The translations under genes were made by a program, and so were the position numbers. A DNA stretch of 63,767 nucleotides, the filler included, from Lenisia limosa (taxonomy: Eukaryota > Protista > Breviatea): NCBI GenBank assembly GCA_001655205.1. It is 15 parts of 15 records of this genome, joined end to end, with 100 filler letters (N's around TTAATTAATTAA, not from the genome) between each part and the next. Parts side by side here need not be neighbours in the genome. Positions count along the whole stretch, not along the records: positions 24,486 to 41,980 come from LPNZ01011462.1; 14 more parts are not named here. One strand, written 5' to 3'. Positions 24,490 to 37,800 of the stretch are shown here, piece after piece; the stretch's first letter is position 1, and each line of letters starts with the position of its first letter. Below the pieces are notes generated by a model, which saw only the letters and a program-made list of their open reading frames with translations, was not told where the DNA came from and did no database searches.

Positions 24490-27400
24490 GAATTAACGCG
24501 TTCAGCGCATAAGACATAGTAGTTATGGTCAACGCATCCCAATGTTTGATTTATTTCGGGAGCCGCATAAAAGGGTTCCCCATTTTGCTTCGGAAGCACG
24601 TACCTGGTCACGTGTCGCCATTCTCTCCACGTCAGCCACAAGACCGTCGATACGCATACGCGCAGCTTCAAGATCGCGTCCGGCGTCACTGAGGGCGGCG
24701 GAGAGATCCATCTGGAGTATTAATATGTTTTGTCAGATAATACACACAGGGGTACCCCCAAAACCAAAATTACACCATACATCCGCGTTTGTGTCCCCCC
24801 TAGGCTTAATTGAAAAATATAATAATTATATACTAGTATGTATATAAGGTGGTATTTCCACCTGGGGAGTAAAATCGCAATTGGTGCTCTTATGCTATCC
24901 TCCTTCGGGATCCCCCCTCCCCTCTCTCCCTCTCTCTTTGTAAACCACAGACCTGTATTTGTCTCAACTACTCACACATTGACTACCACAGTCCCTCGCG
25001 AAAGTATGGTAATTTGTTTTATGGTATTTATTTGTTTCCCTAGATTTCTGATGTATTATTTCTCTTGTTAAAAATGAGTCCCTCTAAGAAGCTGTCTACC
25101 CCCTAACGTTTTCGGTTTTAAGCATCATGACCTCCTCGGACGAGGCGTCCAACGCAGCAGCAAGTCTCGAGCTCTCCTCGTTCCTCTCGTCAGCATCGGC
25201 ACTCAACTCATGGTGGTTCTCGGCCATGTTTTCGAGCTATGTGGTAAGAATCCTTTTGTCAATCATATCAAGACTTATCTCGTCACAGTAAATAACATAC
25301 TTCTGAAGCCAGGTGTCTTGCCTCCTCAGTTTTGACCGTCAATGAGCACTCGGTCTTGGGGAGGGGGGAGGTAAATTGGAAATAGAAGAAAAAATAAAGC
25401 AATAATCAATTCTGATGGCAGGCAACAGGGTTGAAAATAACAAAACAAACAAAGNNNNNNNNNNNNNNNNNNNNNNNNNNNNNNNNNNNNNNNNNNNNNN
25501 NNNNNNNNNNNNNNNNNNNNNNNNNAGTTCCGAAATAAACTCATAAAATATCGATGTTTATCGGATTTATCGAGAATATGTTTTTCGGACTGTAGGGGTG
25601 CGAGAAGTGGTTGTTTCCAAATAGGAAGTAATTCCAAGTTGAAACTCCTCCTTGTTATTCTCTTGTGACATTTTCACAGTAATACTTACCTCCTTCGCCT
25701 CTCTTTGGATCTCTACCATTCGTGCCCTCAGATCATCATTAGCCACTGTGAGACTCTCAACCTGTCATGTTAGAGATGTTAGAGAACCAAAAAAAAGAAA
25801 CCTAATAATTCAAAAACAAGTAATATCAGCTGTTCCTACAAGATTGTCCTCTCCAGGCGTCACTAACATTATATAAATATCCCCCTTGCCTTATTAACGA
25901 GGTCATCCAGGTTTTCCTGAGCAGCGTTGAAGGCAATTGTGACTTGAGAGGCTTGGCCCTCAAGCTCCTTTTCACGATCCTGGGGGAGTAAAACGAAGGA
26001 AATTTCGATGAAGAATATTGCCGTGAAGATACTAATCACGAAACGAATAATCTGGAACTACAAACAAACAAAAAAACAAACAATAACAAACATAAGCAAC
26101 CAGCGCTAAAACTAGACAAAAACCAGATGACAAAACACAAACAACAAAAACAAGCCCATCAACGTTGGATGTCATGTTCTCAAGGAGCAACAAATCAAAA
26201 TTGGTATGAAATGCATGTTTCTCTCAATAGTGTCAAAAAAAAAAAATACTTTCTTTCTCTTTTCTTCTCACCTCTCCTCCACCCTTGAGTCTTTGGGCTC
26301 ATAGCCGGAGCACCCAACCTTTCCCCCTCCTTTTTCCTACACCCCTCACTTCCACTTTGTTTTTCTTAGCATCTCCAAGCGTATACCCCCCACCCCCACC
26401 CTGGCATCTCTGAGCTCGTTAACCAGATCGGCATTATCAAACTGCAGCTTGTCGGCCCNNNNNNNNNNNNNNNNNNNNNNNNNNNNNNNNNNNNNNNNNG
26501 GGCGGCTTCGTCACGTGCCGCCGCCGCAAATCGCTGCGCCTCCGTCTGTGCGGGCGGGGTAAATTGGAAAATGTATGAAACACACAAGCCCAAAATCAAC
26601 TCTGTTGCGGGAGGGGAGGGGGAGATGTTTTGTGTGGGATTATGGGATGAAATTACCGGAAGAAAGAAAAACCACAAAAAGTTGTATAATTTAGTTGTGG
26701 TACAGCTGTTTCATTTTTCCTTAGTACAGAATGTATGTTATTTGTATTTTTCTTCCTTAATTAATTGATGCGTTTATATTCTTGTTCTTAAAAAAGAAAG
26801 AAACCAGCTCACATCTGAATGTGAGAGCATTTCCTCGAGATTGTGGATTCTTGATTCTGCCACCCTACACTCTCTTTGAAGGACCACGGAAGACCCGATC
26901 TAAGATCATAAACAATTAGAGACTCATTTTGGTCCAAAAAAGTAAAGCAAAACAAAAAATTTCAGTCTTATGAGCAATAGCAACACAAATGGCTAGGGTC
27001 AGAAAGCAATGGCAAATCGAACCTCATCCCTGACAAGCTCCACGTATCCTCTCAAAGTGTCAATGTTGGTTTTGAATGCCTACATAATAAAAGGAACGTG
27101 GGGGTTTGAATTGATCATGAGTAAAAATATATGTTACCTTACCACAGTATCACAGAGAAGTGTTAGAATATTTGTGTGCAATAACAAGAAGAATAAAATG
27201 AAGTGGGGCTTTCAATTGATCATGAGAAGAAGGGGATGATAATGATAAAAAAACAACTACACGAGGGTTTGAAAACAGCAACAAGCAGGGGTTAAGCACC
27301 AACCTCCAAACACGCACGGCCTTCACCGAGACATGAAGCCTCTCTTTCAACGGATTCTTGAGCAACCTCACCCAGAGTCTGTGTCTACGTGGTTTTATTT

Positions 27401-30400
27401 ACAGGCAAATAATTGCGTGAAGTTAAACGTGATGGGACAGCCTGATATTTCATATTTTTCATGATCATTGCAACGATGGCTTACATTCTGAAGGTACCAT
27501 ATTCATTTCAATATTTCTGTAAGCTATCATATTTATTACAATCACGGCTTACTTGAGAGAAAGACGCACGGATTTCACGAACTTCAGCAATGAGTCGATC
27601 TGAAGTGTCATCTTATATACCAGGAAATTAACGTTAAATATTCAGTTAATATCTATTTTAACAGCTTAATATCTTTCTGAAGAGCACCCATCGCTAACAC
27701 CCCATTATCATTACAAAAATTATTGTCCATAGGTTTGTAACCTTTGAGTTTTGGCGTACATATATTATATGAATTACTATAAAATCCATCATTTTCTAAA
27801 TAAAGTAACCTCCGCATCACTTGGCTCCACTCCAAATTTTAACATAGCCTGACCTGCTCCATATCCAGACAAACTTATTTCATTCTCCGCTTGTTTGACG
27901 TCAGCATTGACCCGAATTCGCTCCTTCGACAAATTCGACCTTTCTTGCTGCAGTGCTTGAAGACGTTGAACCTACACAGCGAATGAGGGAGGAGATAAGA
28001 ATAATATAAGCGATAAAGAGATAGAGAAGTAAAAAGATGATTATGAGAAGAGATAAAAGCGGGAAGAGATTAAGATAGATAGTTTTCGAGGAATTATCGA
28101 GAAATTCAGTTTTTTTTCCAACCGAAGTGAAGCCCTAATTCCAACCCACCTCAGTATTCATGCTGTGCCAACCCACCTCAGTGTTCATGTTGTGTACGGT
28201 GTTTTGTGCATCACTTCTCAGAGCGCTTCGTTGCTCGTTCAGCCCCTGTAACCTGCTCTGTTAGAGGACATTTGGCGATGGAAAATGACTCAGGTAACCA
28301 TATGCTCCATAAAAGCCCTTAGCTTTTATCGGGAAGTACCTTGTTTACAGTTTCATAAAAAGAGGAATTATGGCTGATGATTACAAAGGTAGTGTTGATG
28401 GTTTTAATCGAATAGAGGCTTTTATAAGCTATTTTCAAGGAGGCTGGTGAAAAGAGGTAAAAAATAAATAGGAGTTTCATTATCACAGGAACCTATCACG
28501 CTTCATTATCACAGGCAAACCGATCACGTGACTGCTGAACTTCAAGGGCTAATGCAGAGGTTTCAGCCACGGCGGCGGTGTGGGCACCATGGGAAACAGG
28601 CTATCAAGTTATAGGGGTAGCTTAGGGTACATGTGGGTTATTATATTATGGGGGCGGCAAGAGGCGGCAATATTGTTTAAAAGGGCAGGACTAACACAAT
28701 GACATAATATCACGATGATAATTCATGGAAAAGGATGCAAAACATCTCTTCTGATCCGCTATGGACCAAGGATTCACGGGTGTATGTATAGCAATGAGAA
28801 TTAAGGTTGTNNNNNNNNNNNNNNNNNNNNNNNNNNNNNNNNNNNNNNNNNNNNNNNNNNNNCTTATCAGAGATATTGTATAATGTAATCCGCCCAATCA
28901 TTTGCTTTACAACTCTGTGCACACAGCTTTCTGTGTGCCTCCCGTGGGGTAAGTCAAACCAAGCCTGCAAGTGGACAACCTCCCCAAACCATTTGCGAGT
29001 GTGGAGCGTAGTGTGGGAAGGCGGGAGGGTTGTATTGAGACGCAAAAGATTCGTTCACTGTCAATTAGAACTAGGGCTTCACTTTGGTTCAAAAAATGAC
29101 TGAGTTTCTCGATAAATCCTCGAAAACAATCGATATTTTAAAGGTCTTTTTGAACACCGTTTCAAGGATTTATCGAGAAATTCAATCTGCTTTCAGCCCG
29201 GAGTGAAAGCCGAAAATATGATGAAAAGACTCACGGTGCGAAGACGGCTGGATCGCAGTGAGGGTTGAGGAGTTCAGTTTTGAGCTGGAAAAGGACGGGG
29301 TTGTCTGCTCATTGGCCTAGTGTTGTGAAATAGGAATATGAAATTTTGAAACCGATGGGGAATACCACTAGAAAATAATATCAAGATTTTTGGGATCAAA
29401 TATATGACCGGGATAAGTCTGAACACTTATCCCAAAAAGTGTAGACTTTTCTAGAAAATTCCTTCTCTTTTTGGACCGAAATGACAAACGTTACTCACGA
29501 TAATTGGTGTCCAATCGGCGCCTTTGCCCTGGATGGAACATGGCCGAATCACAAGCAACTGTCTGATGGTGTTAGAAGTATATTCGTCCAGCTCGTGATT
29601 ATATTACACACAATATTTCACCGTATGTTCGTCCAGATCATAAACAGCAATAGTTCACCTTTCATTTAACCAACAACGCAACCCCAAATGCTAGTCAAAA
29701 TTTTTTAAATCCTTTATTCGTTTATGCAGGGTGCTCTGTCACAAGGAGTTCCAAAAAAACTCAGTTTCTTGATCATTTATAGATTTTGTTTTGAACCGAA
29801 CTGAATATGCGGCAAACCTCGAGTCTCTTGCCACAAGCTTCCCGGCAGAAACAAAGAAATCCGCACAGCAGAATCCTTGGGGAAGGGCGTAGTACGACAG
29901 CAGTTCTCCGTTCTGAGGGGTGAAAAAAAAGTTCGTAAGATGACGAAAAAAAACCCCCAAAAACGACTTTGTGGGTTCAGCATTTACAACAAACACGAGG
30001 GTTTGGAAACAAAACAAAGAATCTCTGGGGGGTAACTGCGATAAATATCTTAGTTTTGACTCTTACAACCTTGGGTGACAGAAATGAGGGGGAAGCAAAG
30101 CCTTCCCAACAATCACGTTTATAAAGGATTGTCCATCGTAATAATGCCAGCACAAAGTTTGAAGAGGCGTAATTAACATACTTGAAGGCTCCAGGCATAG
30201 ATATAGTGTTGGGACGAAGAGTACACAATCTAAAGGGAAATCAGTACGGTTGAATTTATCAAAACCAAGAAAACTATGGCTTCTAAATCGAAAATTACCC
30301 CATTTTGGTGCCCAGTTAGTAGCCTGTTTTACGTCCCCTAACACGTTGTATACAATCACCCTACCAGTGGAACATTCAGATTTCTTGTTGAATTTATCCA

Positions 30401-33400
30401 ATTCAGTTATGACCAAGCCCATTCGGTTCCCCTGGGCACCCTTAAACGCCCACACTCTCTTCATTACACCCCCCTCCCGCCCCCCAGTTTACCTGGGCTG
30501 TTCGGTCAGAGGCAATGCCAACACAAACACTGGGGTCTTCTTGAGGTGCCAAAAGGTCCAAAACAGCCTCGCCATTCTGGGAGGGGGGGGGGGGTTACTC
30601 GCTACAGGATATTAAATTGCCTGATCGCCAAGAATTGTCAAGTATTGCAAATTAACAAATGATCGCGCAAGAACTGTCAAGTATTGTCAAGTATTGTGTC
30701 AAGTATTGCGCAAGAATTGTCAAGTGTTGCAAATTATTTGTGAAGGTCAATCGTGCCTAAAAGGAACATTTTTAAGGCGTTTTGTCCCAAAGCATATATG
30801 TACATGTACCCGAACAAACCATGACGTTAACAACGGTAGCATGGCAACTGGTACTAGCAAGCCCACAAGTCACAACGCCAAGCCTATTCCGTGAAAATGG
30901 ATTTTATATTGTTTATGCTTTGACAGAATCAAGTCTTCTGACAAGCAAAGCCATCCACACCACCATCGCCCTATCTGTCCGAAGCCATCACACCACCATC
31001 GCCCTATCTTCTTCACTACCAGCATACTTGGCGTCAATTGCAAGGCTGTGGCAAGGCCCCGAGATAGCTGTGATAGACCTCTGCTGGCCAGTCTAACAGA
31101 TGAGTACGATGAGAGCAAGATAAATAAAATCTAGGGATGCAGGAAAGAATACAAAAGACACGACATGTATTTAAATAATAGATAATACAGAAATTGTAAC
31201 AAAGAACAGCATGACCGCAAACAGACGGTTCAAAGATCATTTGAACTGAACTGACACCTACAACATACAGTGAACGGGTTAAGTCTTAACCAATGTGCAA
31301 TTCGATTTCCCCAGAAAAATCGGTCAAGACTTATCCCGGTCACTGTACACGTTTACCCCCACTCCCCTGACAAACCGCGGCTGAAGACACGCGAAGAGAG
31401 GCGTCGTCACCAGACGTCACAACTAATCCCGCAACGGCTTGGAGAGCCAAAACAGCCGCGTGATGCTTGGGAAGGGTGGAGACCACATCTCCGCGGGACA
31501 GGCTGAAAACGATCGCTGATCCATTTTCGTAACTGGGATGTTAAAGCCTGCACTACCATATTTAGCGAACTTTTGTTGTATCACTTCGTTCGCAAAAATC
31601 CCCTCTAGCTGATAAATAATGTCAATAATGTAAAAATGAGAACACATTTTGTTACAGCACAGAACTGCGGGTTAAGGTCATTTCGAAACAGTCTGAGAAT
31701 AACATAATTATACTGGTACCTGGGGGACCAACACCCACGCGATAGTGATGGTGTTTCTTGGCCTGCTGATAGCGGCTGCCGTGACACGTCCGAAGTTACC
31801 GGAGGCGTTGAGCGTCAATCTATTGCGTCATATTATGGGAGTCTTGAAGAAGGCTAAACCAGAACAAAAGAATACGTGTACCAACAATACTTAAACAAGA
31901 TAACCACCCAAAACTATCAAAACCTGCACTTAGAGCTTCACTTCAGTTCGAAAAAGACCGGTAAAATATCGATATTTTTCGAGGATTTATCGAGAAACCG
32001 AAGTGAAACCCTATATAAAGATATACACCTCCCAATACTACAGCGCTCTTACTTGGGCCTTCTGGTAGGGATTTTGCCGTGAGGGAGAGAATGCGAGTTC
32101 TGAGTCAATAAGACGGCGTTTCAATACGGGAACGTGGGGAAATACTGACAAACTAATAGGAAATAGTACATGATATGATCATATTAAGATTCAATGTTCC
32201 TTGCTTAAATTCCAAAATTGAACAGTGTTCCCTGCTCCTTCTGATATGATATGCATGTAGCTACATAAAAAAAACCCTAATTTGTTATACGTTCATCATT
32301 TCGACCCGAAAGTCGGTCATATGATCATACACAAGTGGATATGTGCTGTCACACCCCCCCACCACAGCTTGCCATATGCAGGTTGTACCATCGTTGTATC
32401 CTGCAATAGCAGTGCCATCAACAACCTAATTAATGGTGAAGAGGCAAAGAAAACAAAAACAAAAAAAATGGAGAGGAACACACAATATATTGAAATGAGA
32501 AATATAAAACACGGTTGTGTTCGGCCGAAGCTGTCCACACCATCACGCTAATAAGATTTTCTCATATTACATACATATCGATATATGATATATAAAAAAA
32601 AANNNNNNNNNNNNNNNNNNNNNNNNNNNNNNNNNNNNNNNNNNNNNNNNNNNNNNNNNNNNNNNNNNNNNNNNNNNNNNNNNNNNNNNNNNNNNNNNNN
32701 NNNNNNNNNNNNNNNNNNNNNNNNNNNNNNNNNNNNNNNNGTATTTCATGTAGTATACATGTAATATGTCATATACTACTATAGTACATACAGTATATAT
32801 ATCATATTATGATATATTATGGTGCTATAAAAACAAAGTTTCTCATTTCAACAGACTCCACTTTCTTGCCCCCAAGAAACCTCCCACAACCTTTAACATA
32901 CTGACGTCAGATGACCCCTGCGACCGAACCAAGTGGGCCACTACGCCCTTGCTCACAGTGTCCGTCACGGCTACCTGCCAAGTTAAAGTGGCATGTCTAA
33001 AAATGGAGCGGCTCTTTAAAAACTAACCTTTTATTTTTGAATTTTGTTCAAAAAAATACCACTTTTATCACTTTTTATTTTTAAACTACAGACGCTGCCA
33101 CCCCTTTTTAGATGAGCCGTTAAAGCAGGGTGCCAACCCAGAAAACGGCTCGGATAAACCATAAATAGAGCCACAACCGAGCGTAACCTGCGTGATTTTT
33201 ATTTACTGTTATCAAAGAAGTTGTTTGGAAGCAAGAGAGATAATGGTGTGCTTATCATACTGTGCAAAATCTTCGTTAAATTCGAGTAAAGGAAATTAAA
33301 AGATTGCGTAACCGAACCTTTTTGTTGGGATTTATGTGACAATTTTCTAGATAACACGAGGGTTCATCCCGAGTGTATCAGAGTATCATTGAGACTTATA

Positions 33401-34240
33401 GGTCAATTATCATACGACTGGATATGAGGTATCATATCACTGCGTGGAAAATGATAGTTCACACATGTAAAAATGATCCAAAAAATGATATATTGACCCA
33501 TATCCCCCACCACTCCATCCGACGATGCCGAGAAAATTGAGGTGTGGTGGAAGGCAACGAACGCCACGGGTCCCTGGTGCGCTGTAACTGCCCATTGACC
33601 GTGTGCTGACCTCTGTGAGGGGGGGAGTAAACAAAGGAATTTCGATTTGGGGAAACAAAACAAAAAAAACATGAACAAAAAAAAAACTCTCTTGGCGTAA
33701 CAGGGGTGAAAACAACAAAACAAANNNNNNNNNNAAAACGCTATTAAATATTTTATAGGATCAAAATTGAGAGAACCTCTGAAAAAAACAGTTATGAACA
33801 TGAGAGGGGGGAGGAGAGAGAGAGAGAGAGAAGGAAGAGAATAAGAAGAAGAAGGTGGATTTCTGAAATAAACAACTACTTTGGCTCAGAATTCGAGAAA
33901 TGGGAGGAAACGTCAAGGGATATGTGAAAATATGTTGAAGAAAAACAGGGGATGTTGTTGTTGATAAGAGAAAACGAACATTATTAGAGAAAAAAGGTGG
34001 ACAGCCGCCTATGGAAGCAACAAAATCAAACCAACTCTCGACAATAAGAGGATAATGATACCAAAGAAGCATAAAAGAAGGAGAGAGAGCAACAAGAGAG
34101 AAACAGTTACAAGCTGTTGCACCAACCGAGGTGAGCTCATTGACAACAACTTGCCCGTCATCCTGTCCAGTAATAGCAAGGCCATTGCCAATGCAACATG
34201 AGAGCAGAGAGGAGCTTGAAGGGGGTGAACTCCAGCCCAT
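24490..34240 (-). CDS. Large WD40-repeat plus coiled-coil protein, more than 20 small exons, 3' end off-contig
   Basis: ATG 34240. WD-like exons TAHQGPVAFVAFHHTSIFSASSDG, AGYNDGTTCIW and KHHAAVLALQAVAGLVVTSGDDASLRV. Later exons are E/Q/K/L-rich heptads such as DREKELEGQASQVTIAFNAAQENLDDLVNK. Confidence 0.7.
28780..28942. mobile_element. Helitron/Helentron-like non-autonomous element (family C)
   Basis: Perfect 8-bp hairpin GCACACAG-CTTT-CTGTGTGC (28919-28938) a few nt from one end. Other copies at about 6615, 14465, 15958, 20505, 21268, 32490, 36597, 39745, 42985, 55660 and 56705. Confidence 0.55.
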
Positions 34241-34870
34241 TTTAGCGAACCCAACGACTTGAATCTACGTATATCTCTCTTCTCTCTTCTCTACTTCTCT
34301 TTTCCTGCGCTCTCTCTGGCGGCTCTCCTCCTAACAACAAAACTCAGGAACTGACTTTGTAAAATTCCCAGACAATTCAAAAATTCAAAATTAACAGGGA
34401 TCGGAAATTGGAATCGGGCTCTGATGGGGCCGACAACCTGTCTTTTCAGAGCTGCAGGCCTAATATTTACCCCACCTCTTCTCTACTACCCCACGGCTCT
34501 GGCCGTCAAATTCATGGTGTATATGGTGGTGCCGTGTTTAAGTTGTTTCAATCATTCATATATGCATGTCAAAAGTGAGGAAGTTGTGTATATTGGACGT
34601 CAGCAACATGGAAATCAGCAACTTTCATGGAAATCAGCAAAAAAAAAGTCAGCAAACAAATTACCCCTATGCTGAAGTACATGCTAGGTAATTGGTAAAT
34701 TGGAATTCAATTTGACGTCATGTAACCAGAAAAAGATGAAAACTAAACATAAATACATTTACATTAGGATTGGAATGACAAATGAACCTTTCACACAAAG
34801 ACAGTAACAAAAACACAGCGAAAAAACAAACAAGAGAACATCCAGAAACAATCATTACCAACAAAGGCGG

Positions 34871-37800
34871 TCACGTGGCCTTGTCAGCCGGTCTTGGTAC
34901 AACCTCAGTATCATGCCAGTTGGACCCGGCTTTGACCCGAACCGGAGTCTTCACCCGCAGCTTTAGCGCAGTCTCCATGCTGTTTCTAAGGATCTCCTGG
35001 GGGTGGAGTGAAACAAAAAAAAATAACAATAAAAAAGGCCAAATCAACTCTCAATCCCCCCTCCCTCTCCCACCGCAACTTCCGATTTGAACTTCACAGG
35101 AGCTTCGACGATTATTTCATCATGAATTAATAGGAGGATGTAGGGAGGCGATTTGGGCGGGACTGATGTGTTAGTACGCAAATGAGGTGAACAGGAGAGT
35201 GTCTGGTCAAAGCCCCACGTTGATAGAGATATTGATTAGTGGAAGCGATGGTTTTTCGAGTACTACAGCCATTTTTTGGATCGGATTGCTGCCCAAAACA
35301 CAACACAAAAAGTCACCCCATTCCTAAATTCAGACAACCATGTAACTCAAGCATACTTTTCTTCTGTAGTTTGAACTTCGATATGGACAAGTTGGCTTTA
35401 ATAAGAGCGGATTTCGCCAAGTCGGCAGCAGAACCTGCCAAGAGAGTTAATTTGGCAAATATGTGGCGGATGGCGGGAGTGGAACTGATATTGATTTTCG
35501 TGGGAACCACCTAGTATATTAAATCTTTTGCAATACCATGTTACGAAAACCTCGCAAAACACGATTTAGCTGCAAAAGTTTGGTTGACATCGCTTATATT
35601 CACCTTACCACAGTATCACAGAGAAGGAAGTTTGAATATTTGTGTGCAAAAACAAGAAGAATAAAAAGTCCGACAAAGTATCGGTATTTCTCAACATTTT
35701 CTCAATAATTTCAGTCTATTTGGAACCGCATGGAAGCCACTCATTCCCCAAGTGAACAAACCTTGAATCACAGTAGAGAAACACTGCCTCTCTGCCCTGG
35801 CTTTTTCTGCGTTGTTTTTGGAGCCTGGTGAATCAGTGAAGGTTATGCCAGCAAAGTCGAACAATATGTAGAAATCCTCAGTAAACAATGACCTTGCAAA
35901 AAATCACATGTGGATATGATACTCTATCAATTGGGAGTGATGAGGAGGCCGAGGATGATGGAATTCATATAATATACGTCATGAAAAAAACTCAAAGGCT
36001 ACAAATACAGTGACTGGAATAAGTCTTGACCGATTTGCTATATGATTTCCCAAGGAAAATCGATCAAGACTTATCCCGGTCACAGTATGAACATCAATTT
36101 CCCTTGCACCCACACCAAGATTTGTCATTAGAGAATGGTGGAGTTATATGAGAAAAACTCAAAGTTTACAAACATATGGACAATTTCCCTTGCCCCCCCC
36201 CCCCCNNNNNNNNNNNNNNNNNNNNNNNNNNNNNNNNNNNNNNNNNNNNNNNNNNNNNNNNNNNNNNNNNNNAACCCTGGTGCCCCTCGACTCCTCTAGA
36301 ACGCTCTTGCGGTACCTGGCAACATCCGGGAAGATCTGGTTGAAGGCCTTGCGCAGTTGCGCAGCGGTGACATCATCAACTCCTGCTGATGCGGCCAGTG
36401 ACGTGTCACCCATGCCGGCGGGGGTCAGGGAAATGAATTTTATTTACGTATCATTTCTCTATATCATATGGCATATTTTTTTGATATATATATTTATGTA
36501 TTTGTCCCATGGTAAGGAGCATGGGTGTTCATGGTGTGGATGCCCATTTGCTCATTTCAAGATTCCTGTGAATACGCTCATTATGGTTGATAGTAAATAG
36601 AAATGAGAGAGAAAAAAAGGTAGTATCTTGCCGAAGCCACACCATCGCTTCTAAGATATATTAATTCACGAATCATTAGCCTTACAACTCTGCACATAAC
36701 TAAAATGTCATTTCGAAAACTATGAATGTATTTGTTTATAATATTTCTCTTTAAAAAAAACCCATCAATAGTGCCCCTCAAGTACCATAGAGAATTGCGT
36801 AGCACAGTTTCTTTGTCAGTTGTCTCGCATCCCCTGAACATTAAATATTTTTGTTGCACCATGTTTTACCATCTCCACCACTTCGGTGAAAGTGTCAACT
36901 AACTGGTTGATTCAACCGCCCAATCAGGCCATAACCGTAAACACCATCATGTTGATAAAGCAAACAGTGATATGTTCAGTTAACAGTGTCTACTAGGTGT
37001 TAACAATGGTATGATAGGTATTGGCCAGATACTATTTCTCATTGCTCTTTATGTTGGTAAAGCAAAATCAAAAGAATCCAAATTTCACGCAGAGTTTTTA
37101 TTGTCCAGCCCATATCATACAATTAAAACAAATAACCAAACGCTCATATCATGATAACATACCACCAGATCACCAAATGCTCATATCACATCATACTAAC
37201 AGATCAGCAAACCATCATAAACAGGTGAAAACCACCACACAACGTACCGTTATCCACCATTAGGCCTCTTTCAATGAAACTGTCGGCAATAGACTTGAAC
37301 ACATCACTAGACTCGAGAGCAAGCTTCAACGTGGAGCTGTCGGACAAATGCGCAAGTATTCGCAGTTCAGCCTGGCAATAGTCCGCTCTATTAAAAGGAT
37401 CAGGTGTTTATTAACGTTATTATTTTTGTTATTACCCCCCCCCCCCNNNNNNNNNNNNNNNNNNNNNNNNNNNNNNNNNNNNNNNNNNNNNNNNNNNTCT
37501 CTAAACAAGTCTCCTCTCTCTAAACAAGCCTCCTCCCCTCCCCACGCGATCAATACATGGTTTGGCGCAGCTTCAATCGCTTGTCGAACAGGCAGTTCTT
37601 CATGGGGTATGGCCCCGGAATTCTGCACGATTAATGCTGATAGAAGGCCAAAATGAAAGCTGAAAGTGAAAGCTAAAATAAAAAGCTAAAATGAAAGCCA
37701 AAATGAAAGGCAAAGTGAAAGCTAAAATAAAAGCTCAAAGTGGGGTTGTTCTTGGATTTGGTGGTTGGATTTGGAGCTATGTGAAGATAACGTAATCTAG

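Noticed and set aside
36860-36960. GC-richer stretch as an extra Pol A exon
   Set aside because: Stops in all three minus-strand frames, the flanking exons already join in phase, and it resembles a decayed family C copy.
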